A stretch of 64,000 nt of DNA. Source: Eledone cirrhosa (Eukaryota). The stretch is from NCBI GenBank assembly GCA_964016885.1, contig OZ024753.1, positions 22,754,001 to 22,818,000 of the forward strand, read 5' to 3'. Made by a program: the position numbers and the translations under genes. Positions 1 to 15,944 of this stretch are shown here, one piece after another. The notes under the pieces were generated by a model. That model saw only the letters and a list, made by a program, of their open reading frames with translations. It had not been told where the DNA came from and did no database searches. The number at the start of each line of letters is the position of its first letter. The first letter of the stretch is position 1.

Positions 1-841
1 TTAATATTAAAAAAAAAAATTTTAATATAATTTAATTTGGATTACCTTCGGGATGAAGAAAATATTAAGTCTCTTCTTTCTCATGTTTGCAAATACTTTA
101 AATATGATATTATACTATAATATAAATACTTATAAATTTTATAGCCTTTTTATACCTTTAGATTAATTCACTATTCTAACTAACATAAAGATTCGAAATT
201 TAACGGTCTTCCGGATGCGCTGGGATATATATATTTAATTAATTGACTATTTCTAATTAACTTAAGGATTCGAAAATAAACCGTCATATAACTACACCCA
301 GATATATATTTGATATTTTGATTGATTGATTATTTTTAGCTAATTTAACGATTCGAAATTATTCATTCACAAAGCCATGCCCAAATATATATTTATATAG
401 ATATATTTTTGCGTCATCTAATTATACGCTATTTATCCACGACAATACAAATCTCCCTCCCTATGTTTTATACTGTAAATATTATTTTCTCCTCCTCTCT
501 CTATCCTTAATAAATTTTCTTTTGCTTTCGTTCATAAGATAATTCTATACTTCTAGTCACTCTCTCTTTCCTCATCTGTTTCTCTCTCTGTCTTTCACGT
601 CTTCTTTCTTCAATAATTTAAATTATTTAAATTTCTAACAGTTATGTAGGTTTATATTATATTAGTAGTTGTTTATTATTATATATCTTTATAAGCTTTC
701 TCACACGCACCCTCTGTATTATATGTACTTTTTTCATGTCTCAATCTTAAGGTATATAAATATTGAGTTTTGTACTATCTTATTCACTGCCATGACTGAG
801 TTTTAACCATCTACTTAGTCAAGGTATGTCATGCATAATCT

Positions 842-908
842 TATTTTATCTGATGAGGACGTACTGGTGAAGATAGCTCAGTACCTCTGAAATATGTATA
901 ATAAAATA
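842..908 (+). ncRNA. Type I minimal hammerhead ribozyme (PLE pseudo-LTR type)
   Basis: TATTTTAT-CTGATGA-stem II (GTACTG...CAGTAC)-GAAA-TATGTA-TA-ATAAAATA. Stem I is a perfect 8 bp, core boxes are intact and stem III is near-palindromic. A related copy lies on the minus strand at 23934-23999. Confidence 0.75.
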
Positions 909-965
909 TACTTGATCACACGAATGTCTATATTTGTTAATATTTTGAATTAATATATATATATA

Positions 966-1027
<62 letters not shown>

Positions 1028-1030
1028 TAT

Positions 1031-1230
1031 AACGAGAAAAACGATGAAGTTTATTTTACATGTAATTAGGTTTATTTCATGGATCGACCTCTTACGCACG
1101 TTTCGCAGAGGTTTGGCTTCACAGTAAAAACCTACATACATGTAAACAAAATGTCATCGTTTTTCTCAGTATATACACTCTTCCGAGTGCTCGTACTGCT
1201 ACCACCATAAGATATTCACTGAATCACACT
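1031..1230. mobile_element. Short fold-back element with tail (probable PLE pseudo-LTR remnant) in (AT)n
   Basis: GAGAAAAACGATGA...TACATGTA is inverted by TACATGTAAAC...TCATCGTTTTTCTC, followed by an ATACACTCT tail. Flanked by (AT)n on both sides. Confidence 0.5.
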
Positions 1231-1528
1231 ATATATATATATATACAAGAATGACATTAAGAAAAATTGATGATGGTAGTTGATGTCACACTAAAGAGAA
1301 AGTGGAATTGTTATCGTTGTGACGCATGTCTTTATATATCTAGCCAAATAACCGTAATGAAGAACAGGGTTTATCGTAAGATTATCCAATATAAAGATAC
1401 TTGAAAGGACAATTTTTGTTGTACTCAACCAAGCGTTGTATTTAATTTTACATTCATTTAAATAAATTACAATTAATTTCCTTCCACATTTCCTTTAAAT
1501 ATTATCAGACATTCATCAACGATTTTGC

Positions 1529-1550
1529 TCTATCTATCTATCTATCTATC
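1529..1550 (+). repeat. (TATC)n microsatellite at the 5' junction of Tx1 copy 1
   Basis: tctatctatctatctatctatc directly precedes the element 5' UTR. Confidence 0.9.
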
Positions 1551-1770
1551 TCTCTGGGATGGACACACGCGTATAACTTGCTGAGTAAGTTCTGTTTAAA
1601 TTTCTATAGAAATTCTTGTCTGATAAATTTAATTTTTGTACCATTTTGTAGAGGGACTGCCAGGTCAAACTTTGATCTGGTCAGTCTCTCAAAATATTCT
1701 ACGCCTTTAGGCGAAATAGTTAAACAAAAAAAAAAAAGTTTTTTCTTGTTGAAAAGTCAATATTTTTTAA

Positions 1771-3564
1771 ATGGCCGAAGCTTCTTCACCAAAATTCGAA
1801 GGAGGAAAGGGGAAGATGAACTTACAGCTTCCCCCTGCCACTGTCACAGTAGCAGAGGTCAAGAAGAAAGGTCAGCCAGAGGAAGAATTCTCTCCACCTG
1901 TTAACCGACAGCTTGACGTTGCCATGGCAACAACCCAAAGAACCAGCAGCAACAGCAACAACAACAACAATGCGACGGACGAAAACAACACCAATAACAA
2001 TAACAACAACAACAACAACAAGACCAATAACGGTGACAACAACAACAATGATAACAACAACACCACCAACGACAACAACAACACAAACAAACAAAATTTC
2101 TCCTTCGCCGAGACGACAAGGAAAACCCTCGACTATCTGCCAGTAGATATAACAAAAGCGAAGGAGCTACTGGCGGATGCGAAAAAATATATAGTGTACG
2201 GGGAAAATGGTTCATTCACAATCCATTCCCCCCCGGAACTAAAAAGCCAGAGACTCCTAAACACGGTCATGTTTAGGACAATCTCGAACAAAAGTAAAAA
2301 ACCAGCTCAACCATCACAGAGCGAGATAGAGCTGGTTTTAAAAGACATCATGAAGGACATCACCTTCATTCAGAAGGATAGACTCTACGGGAGTCTATCC
2401 ATCCTCATGAAGGACAGGGACACAGCAGTGAAACTGTCCATCAAACCAATCACATCCACCGCATACACCTTCTACCCTACGTACATGGGTAGAAGAACAC
2501 AAAAAATAAAAATCCACACCATCCTGCCGATTATGGACATATGGTGGGTTTTGACAGGTTTTCTGGACCTGGAGGATGACATGCTGGTGTCCATGGGAAA
2601 GGCATCGGGTGACGCGTTCAGTGGAACGAGCCTCGAACTTGTAGTTCAAATGAGGCCCGAAAGGATCGCCCAGATCCCTGAACGCGTCATACTGGATGAT
2701 CTAACCTTCATCAACATTACCGTTGAGGGTAGACGGCCCTCGTGTTACCTCTGCGGAACCAGAGGTCACCTGAGGGCTGTCTGTCCCCAACTTAATAAGA
2801 AAACCCCAATCCTGCCTACACCACCAACAACTGCACAACCAACACAATCACCACAACTACCACTACAAAAACAACCACCACAGCTCAAACCAAAACAAAA
2901 CAATGTCCAACCCATCCCCTCCACTCAAAAAACAAAAACAATTTCCAAAACGCCCGTACCGCAAACACAACCCGAAAATATACCCCTCCCCTCCAACGCG
3001 GAAGATGACCCTAGTTCGTCGTCAGACGAGGAGGAGCACTTCCACACAATCAAAAGAAAAAAAAGAAAACACACCTCAGACACACAAATGAAAAATAACC
3101 CTCCCCAAAACATAACAGTGACACCAACACAAAAGAGCTCACAACAACAGCAAACAAAAAACACCACACAAAAACAAAAACATGCATACACATACATAAA
3201 TACAAGAAACAAAAAACTGTTAAACATTGTGTACAACAACAATCTAATAAAAACACAAGGGCCTAACTTCACCCAGGCAGGGGATTTCCCCCACCTCAAA
3301 ATGATTAAGGCCCCACAGGACACCTATAAAACTTTAAAAAACAATTTTAAAGAGGACGTGGGTCCCCCCTGCGTCGGGCCCATTAACCGCGTCCTCCTAA
3401 AAAACTATCCCACCCCCTCCCCAAACACCCACACAACTCCAAGCTCCCCAACCACACAACACACTGATGCCCCCACACTTCCACAAACCACCACCCCACC
3501 CAACAACCCATCCCCCACCCTAATGGAAATTGTGCAGCCCGATACCCGGGACGCAGAGAGGTAA
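1771..3564 (+). CDS. Tx1 ORF1 gag-like nucleic-acid-binding protein, 597 aa
   Basis: CCHC zinc knuckle CYLCGTRGHLRAVC, Asn-rich N-terminal tract, Pro/Gln/Thr-rich linker and basic KRKKRK patch. Homologous to ORF1 of copy 2. Confidence 0.9.
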   Translation: MAEASSPKFEGGKGKMNLQLPPATVTVAEVKKKGQPEEEFSPPVNRQLDVAMATTQRTSSNSNNNNNATDENNTNNNNNNNNNKTNNGDNNNNDNNNTTNDNNNTNKQNFSFAETTRKTLDYLPVDITKAKELLADAKKYIVYGENGSFTIHSPPELKSQRLLNTVMFRTISNKSKKPAQPSQSEIELVLKDIMKDITFIQKDRLYGSLSILMKDRDTAVKLSIKPITSTAYTFYPTYMGRRTQKIKIHTILPIMDIWWVLTGFLDLEDDMLVSMGKASGDAFSGTSLELVVQMRPERIAQIPERVILDDLTFINITVEGRRPSCYLCGTRGHLRAVCPQLNKKTPILPTPPTTAQPTQSPQLPLQKQPPQLKPKQNNVQPIPSTQKTKTISKTPVPQTQPENIPLPSNAEDDPSSSSDEEEHFHTIKRKKRKHTSDTQMKNNPPQNITVTPTQKSSQQQQTKNTTQKQKHAYTYINTRNKKLLNIVYNNNLIKTQGPNFTQAGDFPHLKMIKAPQDTYKTLKNNFKEDVGPPCVGPINRVLLKNYPTPSPNTHTTPSSPTTQHTDAPTLPQTTTPPNNPSPTLMEIVQPDTRDAER

Positions 3565-3588
3565 GTGCCTTTTCTCTTCACCACCAAC

Positions 3589-6500
3589 ATGGCTATGCTA
3601 AGAGTAGGCTGTTTAAATGCGCGTGGCCTGGGCTCAACTTGGAAGCAAGCAATGCTTCTAAATGACCTCAGGTCACAACGTATAGATGTGATGGTTATTT
3701 GCGAGGCCCGGATCAGCAACGTGCGACAGCTGGCCCCCACCTTTGATGACTTTGAGATGCACGCATCTCTCTGTCAGCCCGGAGGTGGGGGTGGAGTTGT
3801 CGTTCTGCTGCAAAAACATCTGGGTCTCGCAACACAGATGGTACATTTGGACCCGGAGGGTCGACTAGTGGTTCTGGACCTTGGCAGTGGTAAAGGCGGA
3901 ACGTTTAGGTTGGTAGCCGCCTACGGCCCTTTCGGGTCAATGCGGCCGGACTTCTTCCATCGTCTGGAGACTTTTCTGGGGACGTCCCGCTCCTTGCTAT
4001 TAGTGGGGGACTGGAATGGTATCCTAGATGCACGCTGGGACTACGTAGGGGCCTGTCCCGATAGAGAGGGGTGTAATAGCCTCAAAGGGTTAATCGGTCG
4101 ATTTGACCTGGCCGATAGATATCGACTAGATTTTCCGACTGCGACAACCTGGACTTGGGCAAATCGTAGCGGATCATCTAGGTCGTACCTAGATAGGTTC
4201 TTAGTTAGAATTAAGGATAAGGACTTTTTAAGTTGTCCAAAAATGCGCATGGTTGGCTATTCAGACCACAAATTAGTGACCTGCATGGTCAACCTTGACA
4301 GAACTCATAGACAGGGCACCGGTTACTGGAAGCTCAACTTGTCCTTGCCGGCAAGTAGAGCCTACAGGAATCGGATTAGTACGTTAGTTAAGGAACGGTT
4401 GACTGGAGCGATCGTCAACAGCAGGTGGTGGGTATCTCTAAAGAGAGAGATTAGAGTAGTCTCGATAGAATTTAGTAAGGTTCTAGCTGCGGATAGGAAT
4501 AGGAAGGAAAGGGAGCTAATAGATAGAGTAGAAGAGGCAATTAGAAGCGGCGACGTGGCCAGAGTGCTAGCGTCGAGAACGGCTTTGAGCCAGTTTTTCG
4601 ACGCGAAGCACGAAGGCTGCGTTGTCCGAAGTAAAATACGTGCTCTAGGGAACGAGGGGACCAAAGCTGTTAGCTGGGCCCGCGTGACAGAGGCCAACAG
4701 TGGAACTAAATCCACCATCCGGTCTTTGCGAGACCTGGATGGACGGGCGATTCTTGAGCCTAAGCAGATGTGTGAGGCCTTTCAAAGGCACTTTGCCCGA
4801 CTGTTCGGGAGGGGCGGGGAGCCGGTTGGGAACGTGGACTTCGGTCCATACCTCGACGGCCTGCCGCGCCTCTCGGACAGGGAGGCGAAGTCCTGCGAGG
4901 AGCCGATTTCGGCCGCTGAGATAGAGGACGTGCTGAGCCAATGCGGCAAACGCAAATCCCCGGGTCTCGATGGTCTTCCTTACGAATTATATCTAGCTAT
5001 GCCGGACTTGTTCCCCGATCTCCTCGAGGCGGTCTACTGCAACTGGCAACAGAACGGGAGAATTCCCTGTACTGTGACCAAGGGCGTAGTCACGCTAGTG
5101 AGGAAGGACGAGAACAAGGGGGACGAAATAAGTAACTTCAGGCCCATAACTCTGCTAAATACAGAGTTACAGATTTTGGCCAAGGTGCTAGCAAAGAGGT
5201 TGGCGCTTGTCGTGGGCAACCTGGTGGGAGATGCGCAGACATGCGCTATCCCGTCCAGGTCCATCCATGACAACCTCCACCTCATGCGATACATCATAGA
5301 GAGGGTTGGGCACGAACCCGGCTTTGGTGGGGCTCTGATCAACTTGGATCAATCTAAGGCGTTCGATAGGGTCGACCATGGTTACCTGGATGCGGTGCTA
5401 GCGGCGGCAGGCTTCGGACCCGTTTTCAGGGGCTGGATCACTGCTATGCACAGCAGCCGCATCTGCTCTAGGGTCAAGGTGAACGGCTACCTCTCGGAGC
5501 CGTTCCAAATCGCGCGGTCCATCCGACAAGGGTGCCCTCTCTCCTCCCTTCTGTATGTGTTGACTCTAGAGCCACTACTGCGGAAGTTGGAGTTGTTGCA
5601 GGGCATCCCTTTGGAACCGGGATTGCGGAAAGCGGTGTCGGCCTACGCCGATGACGTGACAGTAATGGTGTCGACGGCCTCCGAAATCGAGGCGGTCGGC
5701 ACCTTACTGGAGGAGTACGAAAGGTTCACAGGGGCTAAGCTGAACCGGGACAAGTCGATCGGTTTGCAACTCGGCACGTGGAGGGGCAGACCGATGCCCT
5801 CCGATGGCGTCGTCGGACGCTGGACGGAGGGCCCGGTGAAGTTGCTCGGGGTCTGGTTCGGACCGGACCTCCAGGTGGAGAAAAACTGGGCGGAGGTTAC
5901 GAACAGGGTGTTTGCACTGACCCAGAAGTGGGCCAGTTGCAAACTATCCCTGAAAGGTCGGGCGGAGGTGGCGAACACCTACATAGCGTCCGTCATCTAC
6001 TACCGCCTGACCGTAGTGCCCTGCCCAAGGGAAACCCTCACCAAGATGGAGCGCGCGCTCTTCCAATTCCTTTGGAAGAGGCGGGCTCCTATGGTGAGGA
6101 GATCCATCTGCTGTCAACACCCTTCGAAAGGAGGGCTGGGGATGCCGTGGCTAATGATGCGTAAACACGCATTAAGGCTACGGCACCTCTACGTATTCCT
6201 CACCGGACAACCGGTGTGGGCCTCGTTTGTGAGACGAACCTTTCCCAGACTCGTCTCACTCACCGAGCTGCAATCCTGGGTCAAGCAAAGACCGAGAAAA
6301 CTGGGCGCCTGGCACACTGAGTGTGCCCAGGCGCTCACCGCCCTCTGGCAGGCGGATCCGGTTATCAGTGGAGACTCCACCGCAACATTCTATAGAGGGC
6401 TGGTACGCAGCAGGTGCGACGACGCCCTCGGAGAAGCCCTAGACATGGAGGAGGACGAACTGGCCAGCCTGTTCGGTAGGACATTCAGCCCGGGACCTAT

Positions 6501-7026
6501 GGACAACTTCCAGAAGTCCCTGGCCTGGCAGTGCTACCGAGGGGCTTTACCCGTTCGAGAAAGGCTCTACAGACACGGGCGCCCGGGTAGGGACCCCGCC
6601 AAAAAGATCTGTCCCAGATGCGTGTGCGACGAGGAAACCGTTGCACACGCATTGGTACACTGCTCGGGCGTAGCCGATCTGTGGGGCTATGTCGAACAAC
6701 TGCTGTCAAGGGTGGGACCGATCCGGTTGACCACCGAGTCTATTGTAATGATCAAGCCGCCTCCCCCCTTCAAAGATGAAGCAGAGGCGGTGTTTCTGTG
6801 CGTAATAGCCATGGCGAAAGAGGTTGTATGGTGGACGCGTCTGAAAGGACTGAGGTCAGGCACCTTTCTCTCTGGCCAACAACTGGTCCGTTTCTTCCGA
6901 TATCATTTCGGAAGAAGGATCAGGATGGAGAGAGAGGTGCTGCACCCCAGCCGTTTCTATGAAAGATGGGTGAAAGTGGCGAGAATGGCCCGTGTGAATG
7001 GGCCTTCACTCTACATCAGACTATAG
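3589..7026 (+). CDS. Tx1 ORF2: AP endonuclease, reverse transcriptase and C-terminal zinc-binding motif
   Basis: APE motifs LNARGL, VGDWNG, SYLDRF, SDHKLV. RT motifs KSPGLDGLP, FRPITLLN, DQSKAFDRVDH, IRQGCPLS, AYADDV. C-terminal CPRC..ETVAHALVHC. First ATG at 3589, in frame with ORF1. Confidence 0.95.
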   Translation: MAMLRVGCLNARGLGSTWKQAMLLNDLRSQRIDVMVICEARISNVRQLAPTFDDFEMHASLCQPGGGGGVVVLLQKHLGLATQMVHLDPEGRLVVLDLGSGKGGTFRLVAAYGPFGSMRPDFFHRLETFLGTSRSLLLVGDWNGILDARWDYVGACPDREGCNSLKGLIGRFDLADRYRLDFPTATTWTWANRSGSSRSYLDRFLVRIKDKDFLSCPKMRMVGYSDHKLVTCMVNLDRTHRQGTGYWKLNLSLPASRAYRNRISTLVKERLTGAIVNSRWWVSLKREIRVVSIEFSKVLAADRNRKERELIDRVEEAIRSGDVARVLASRTALSQFFDAKHEGCVVRSKIRALGNEGTKAVSWARVTEANSGTKSTIRSLRDLDGRAILEPKQMCEAFQRHFARLFGRGGEPVGNVDFGPYLDGLPRLSDREAKSCEEPISAAEIEDVLSQCGKRKSPGLDGLPYELYLAMPDLFPDLLEAVYCNWQQNGRIPCTVTKGVVTLVRKDENKGDEISNFRPITLLNTELQILAKVLAKRLALVVGNLVGDAQTCAIPSRSIHDNLHLMRYIIERVGHEPGFGGALINLDQSKAFDRVDHGYLDAVLAAAGFGPVFRGWITAMHSSRICSRVKVNGYLSEPFQIARSIRQGCPLSSLLYVLTLEPLLRKLELLQGIPLEPGLRKAVSAYADDVTVMVSTASEIEAVGTLLEEYERFTGAKLNRDKSIGLQLGTWRGRPMPSDGVVGRWTEGPVKLLGVWFGPDLQVEKNWAEVTNRVFALTQKWASCKLSLKGRAEVANTYIASVIYYRLTVVPCPRETLTKMERALFQFLWKRRAPMVRRSICCQHPSKGGLGMPWLMMRKHALRLRHLYVFLTGQPVWASFVRRTFPRLVSLTELQSWVKQRPRKLGAWHTECAQALTALWQADPVISGDSTATFYRGLVRSRCDDALGEALDMEEDELASLFGRTFSPGPMDNFQKSLAWQCYRGALPVRERLYRHGRPGRDPAKKICPRCVCDEETVAHALVHCSGVADLWGYVEQLLSRVGPIRLTTESIVMIKPPPPFKDEAEAVFLCVIAMAKEVVWWTRLKGLRSGTFLSGQQLVRFFRYHFGRRIRMEREVLHPSRFYERWVKVARMARVNGPSLYIRL

Positions 7027-7290
7027 GTGAGGAAGATGAAAGACCAAGGGAGCACCCCTTCTCTGTGCTCCTGAGGAGAAGGGTTGCACACTTTTTTCGG
7101 GGGTGTGTGCGACCCCCCAAGGCGCCTCCTCTCTATTGAGGATTTTGTTAAAAATTTTATTTTTTGTTATATCTTATTTTATTTTTATATTTTGTTATTG
7201 CCTCCTCCTTATTGAGGACGCCTTTTTGTGTAAACTCCCCCCTTTGTACTTGTCCCACTTTTGATGCCCTAGTGGCAAATAAAAGAAATA

Positions 7291-12660
<5,370 letters not shown>

Positions 12661-12662
12661 CA

Positions 12663-12710
12663 TATCTATCTATCTATCTATATGTCTGTCTGTCTGTCTG
12701 TCTGTCTGTC
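12663..12710 (+). repeat. (TATC)n/(TGTC)n compound microsatellite between Tx1 copies 2 and 3
   Basis: tatctatctatctatctatatgtctgtctgtc... Confidence 0.9.
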
Positions 12711-14848
12711 TTAAGGGGGATGACATAGGAAACTTCCGGCCCATAACTCTGCTAAACACAGAGTTACAGATTTTGGCCAAGATGTTGGCAAAGAGGCTGG
12801 CGCTTGTCGTCGAAAACCTGGTGGGAGAAGCGCAGATATGCGCAATCCCGACCAGGTCCATACACGACAACCTCCACCTCATGCGATACATCATAGAAAG
12901 GGTAGGGTGTAAACCTGGCTTCGGTGGTGCCCTGATCAACTTGGATCAGTCTAAGGCTTTCGATAGGGTTGACCATCGTTACCTGGATGCGGTGCTCGAG
13001 GTGGCTGGCTTCGGACCCGTGTTCAGGGGCTGGATTGCTGCAATGCACAGCAGCAACATCTGCTCAAGGGTCAAGGTGAACGGCTACTTCTCGGAGCCGT
13101 TCCATATCACGCGATCCATCAGAGAGAGATGCCCTCTCTCCTCCCTTCTGAACGTACTGACTCTCGAGCCACTACTGCGGAAGTTGGAGCTATTACAGGG
13201 CATCCCTTTGGAACCGGGACTGCGAAATGCGGCGTCGGCCTACGCCTACGACGTGACAATAATGGTGTCGAGCACCTCGCAAATCGGGGAGGTCGGCACC
13301 TTACTGGAGGAATACGAAATGTTCACAGGAGCGAAGCTGAACCGGGACAAATCCGTCGGTTTGCAACTCGAAACGTGGAGAGGCAAACCGATGCCTTCCG
13401 ATGGCGTCGTCGGACGCTGGACGGAAGGACCGGTAAAGCTGCTCGGGGTCTGGTTTGGTCCGGACCTCCAGATGGAGAAGAACTGGATCGAGGTGACGGC
13501 CAAGGTGTTTGCGCTCACCCAGAAGTGGGCCGAGTGCAAACTATCCTTGAAAGGTCGAGCGGAGGTGGCGAACACTTTTATAGCGTCCGCCATCTACTAC
13601 CGATTGACCGTCGTGCCTTGTCCAGCCAAAACGCTCGCCAAAATGGAACGCGCGCTCTTCCAATTCCTTTGGAAGAGGCGGGCTCCTTTGGTGAGAAGAT
13701 CCATCTGCTGCTAACACCCTTCTAACGGAGGGCTGGGGAAGCCGTGGTTGACGATGCGCAAACACGCACTCAGGCTGTGGCATCTCTACGTATTCCTCAC
13801 CGGACAACCGGTGTGGGCTCCGTTCGTGAGGCGAGCCTTCCCACGACTCGTCTCGCTGACCGAGCTGCAGTCCTGGGTCAAGCAGAGACCGAGGAAAATG
13901 GGCGACTGGCACATCGAATGTGCTCAGGCGCTCACAGTCCTCTGGCAAACGGACCCGGCGATCAGTGGAGACTCCACTTCGACATTCTATAGAGCGTTGG
14001 TCCCTAGCATGTGCGACGAGGCGCTCGGAGAAACTTTATGCGTAGAGGAGGACGAACTGGCCAGTCTGTTCGGTAGGACCTTCCGCCCGGGACCAATGGA
14101 CAACTTCCAAAAGTCCCTGGCCTGGCAGTGCTACCGAGGAGCTCTACCAGTTCGAGACAAGCTCTACAGACACGGGCGCCCAGACAGGGGCCCTTCGAAA
14201 AAGATCTGTCCGAAATGCGTGCGCGACGAGGAAACCGTCGCGCACGCATTTGTACACTCCCCGGGCGTTACCGACCTGTGGGGCTATGTAGAACGACTAT
14301 TGTCGCGGCTGGGACCAATCCAGTTGACCACCGAGTACATTGTCATGATCAAACCGCCACCCTCCTTCAAAAACGAGGCAGAGGCGGTTTTCCTATGTGT
14401 TATGGTTATGGTGAAAGAGGTTATATGGTGGACGAGGTTAAAAGGGCTGAGGTCAGACACCCTTCTCTCCGGCGAGCAACTGATTCGTTTTTTCAAATAC
14501 CATGTTGGAAGAAGAATCAGGATGGAGAGAGAGGTGCTGTACCCCAGCAAATTTTATAAAAGGTGGGTGAATGTGGCAAAGATGGCCCGAGTAGTTGGGC
14601 CTTTTCTCTATATAAGCCTGTAGGTTGAGGAAAAAGAGGAAGATAGGAAGGGAGTACTCACTCTTGGTGCTCCTGGAGATGAGGGTTGTACATTTTTTAG
14701 GGGTGTGTACAACCCCTATGTAACGCATCCCCCCTATTGGGAATTTCAATTGTTGTTTATTAATAGTTTTATTTTCATATAACTGTATGTAAACTCCCCA
14801 TTTGTATTTGTCCTCTTCTTTTGTCCCCTTGTGGCTAATAAAGAAATT
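12711..14848 (+). mobile_element. 5'-truncated Tx1 element (copy 3)
   Basis: RT region 12773-13714 (AYAYDV, catalytic Asp mutated; premature TAA), C-terminus to 14623, 3' UTR ending AATAAAGAAA and then TATCTCTCTATCTA. Confidence 0.9.
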
Positions 14849-14862
14849 TATCTCTCTATCTA

Positions 14863-15944
14863 CGCTGAGGCTACGCCATCTCCAGGTGTTCCTGGCCGGT
14901 GAACCGCTGTGGCTGTCGTTTGTGAGACGAGCTCTTCCACAACTCGTCTCACTAACAGAGCTGCAGTCCTGGGTCAAGCGAAGACCGAAAATGGGCGCCT
15001 GGCACCTTGAGTACCTTCAGGCGCTCACAGCCCTCTACCAAGCGGAAACGGCAATCACCGGAGACTCCACTTCGACATTCTATAGGGTATTAGTGGAGGA
15101 TAAGTGCGACGACGTTCTCGGGGAAACTCTAGTCATCGAGGTAGACGAACTGACCAGTCTGTTCGGGAGGACTTTCCATCCAGGGCCAATGGATAACTTC
15201 CAGAGGTCTCTGGCCTGGCAGTGCTACCGAGGAGCTCTACCAGTTCGAGACAAAATCCTGCCAAAAAGACCTTTCGAAGATGCGAGCAGGACATCGAAAC
15301 CGTTCTGCACGCAATTGTTCAGTGTCCAGGAATGACCGACTTGTGGAATTATGTCGGACAGCTACTGTCACGTGTAGGATGCATCCAGTTGTCAGACGGT
15401 CCATCGTGAGGATCACCCCGCCGCCTTCATTTAAGAATGAAGGAGAGGCGGTCTTCCTCTGTCTGGCAGCTATAGCGAAAGAGGTAATATTGTAGACGAG
15501 GTTAAAAGGACTGAGGGCAAACACCTTTCTCTCCGGACAACAACTCATCCCCTTCTTTAAGTACCACTTCAGAAGGAAGGTGAGAATGGAGAGAGAGGTG
15601 CCACACCCCAGTAAATTCGCTGAAAGGTGGGTGAGTGTGGCGAAAATGGCCCGGGTGAATGGGCCTTCTCTGTATATAAATCTGTAGGTTGAGGAAGACA
15701 AACAGAGGGAAGTCGGAAACACCTACAAAACGTGTTCCTGGTGTTGAAGGTTGTTCCATCCACGGGGTGTAAAACAACCCCGCAATAACGTTAACCACCC
15801 TCCCCGCTCCTAATGGGGATTTCAATTGTTTTATTTTTATATAGTTTATTGTTATTTATCATTGTTAAAGATTTTATGTAAAACCTCCACCGTCACGTCT
15901 TGTAATGTCCCATTTTTGTACGCCCCTGTGGCAAATAAAGAAAG
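14863..15944 (+). mobile_element. 5'-truncated, more divergent Tx1 element (copy 4)
   Basis: LRLRHLQVFL...PMDNFQRSLAWQCYRGALPVRDK matches the ORF2 C-terminus. 3' end AATAAAGAAA followed by degenerate TATCTATTTGTCTATC. Confidence 0.88.

Larger units (their letters stand above)
1551..7290 (+). mobile_element. Full-length intact L1/Tx1-clade non-LTR retrotransposon (copy 1)
   Basis: 5' UTR, two uninterrupted ORFs and a 3' UTR ending AATAAAAGAAAT. Flanked by (TATC)n on both sides. Confidence 0.93.
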
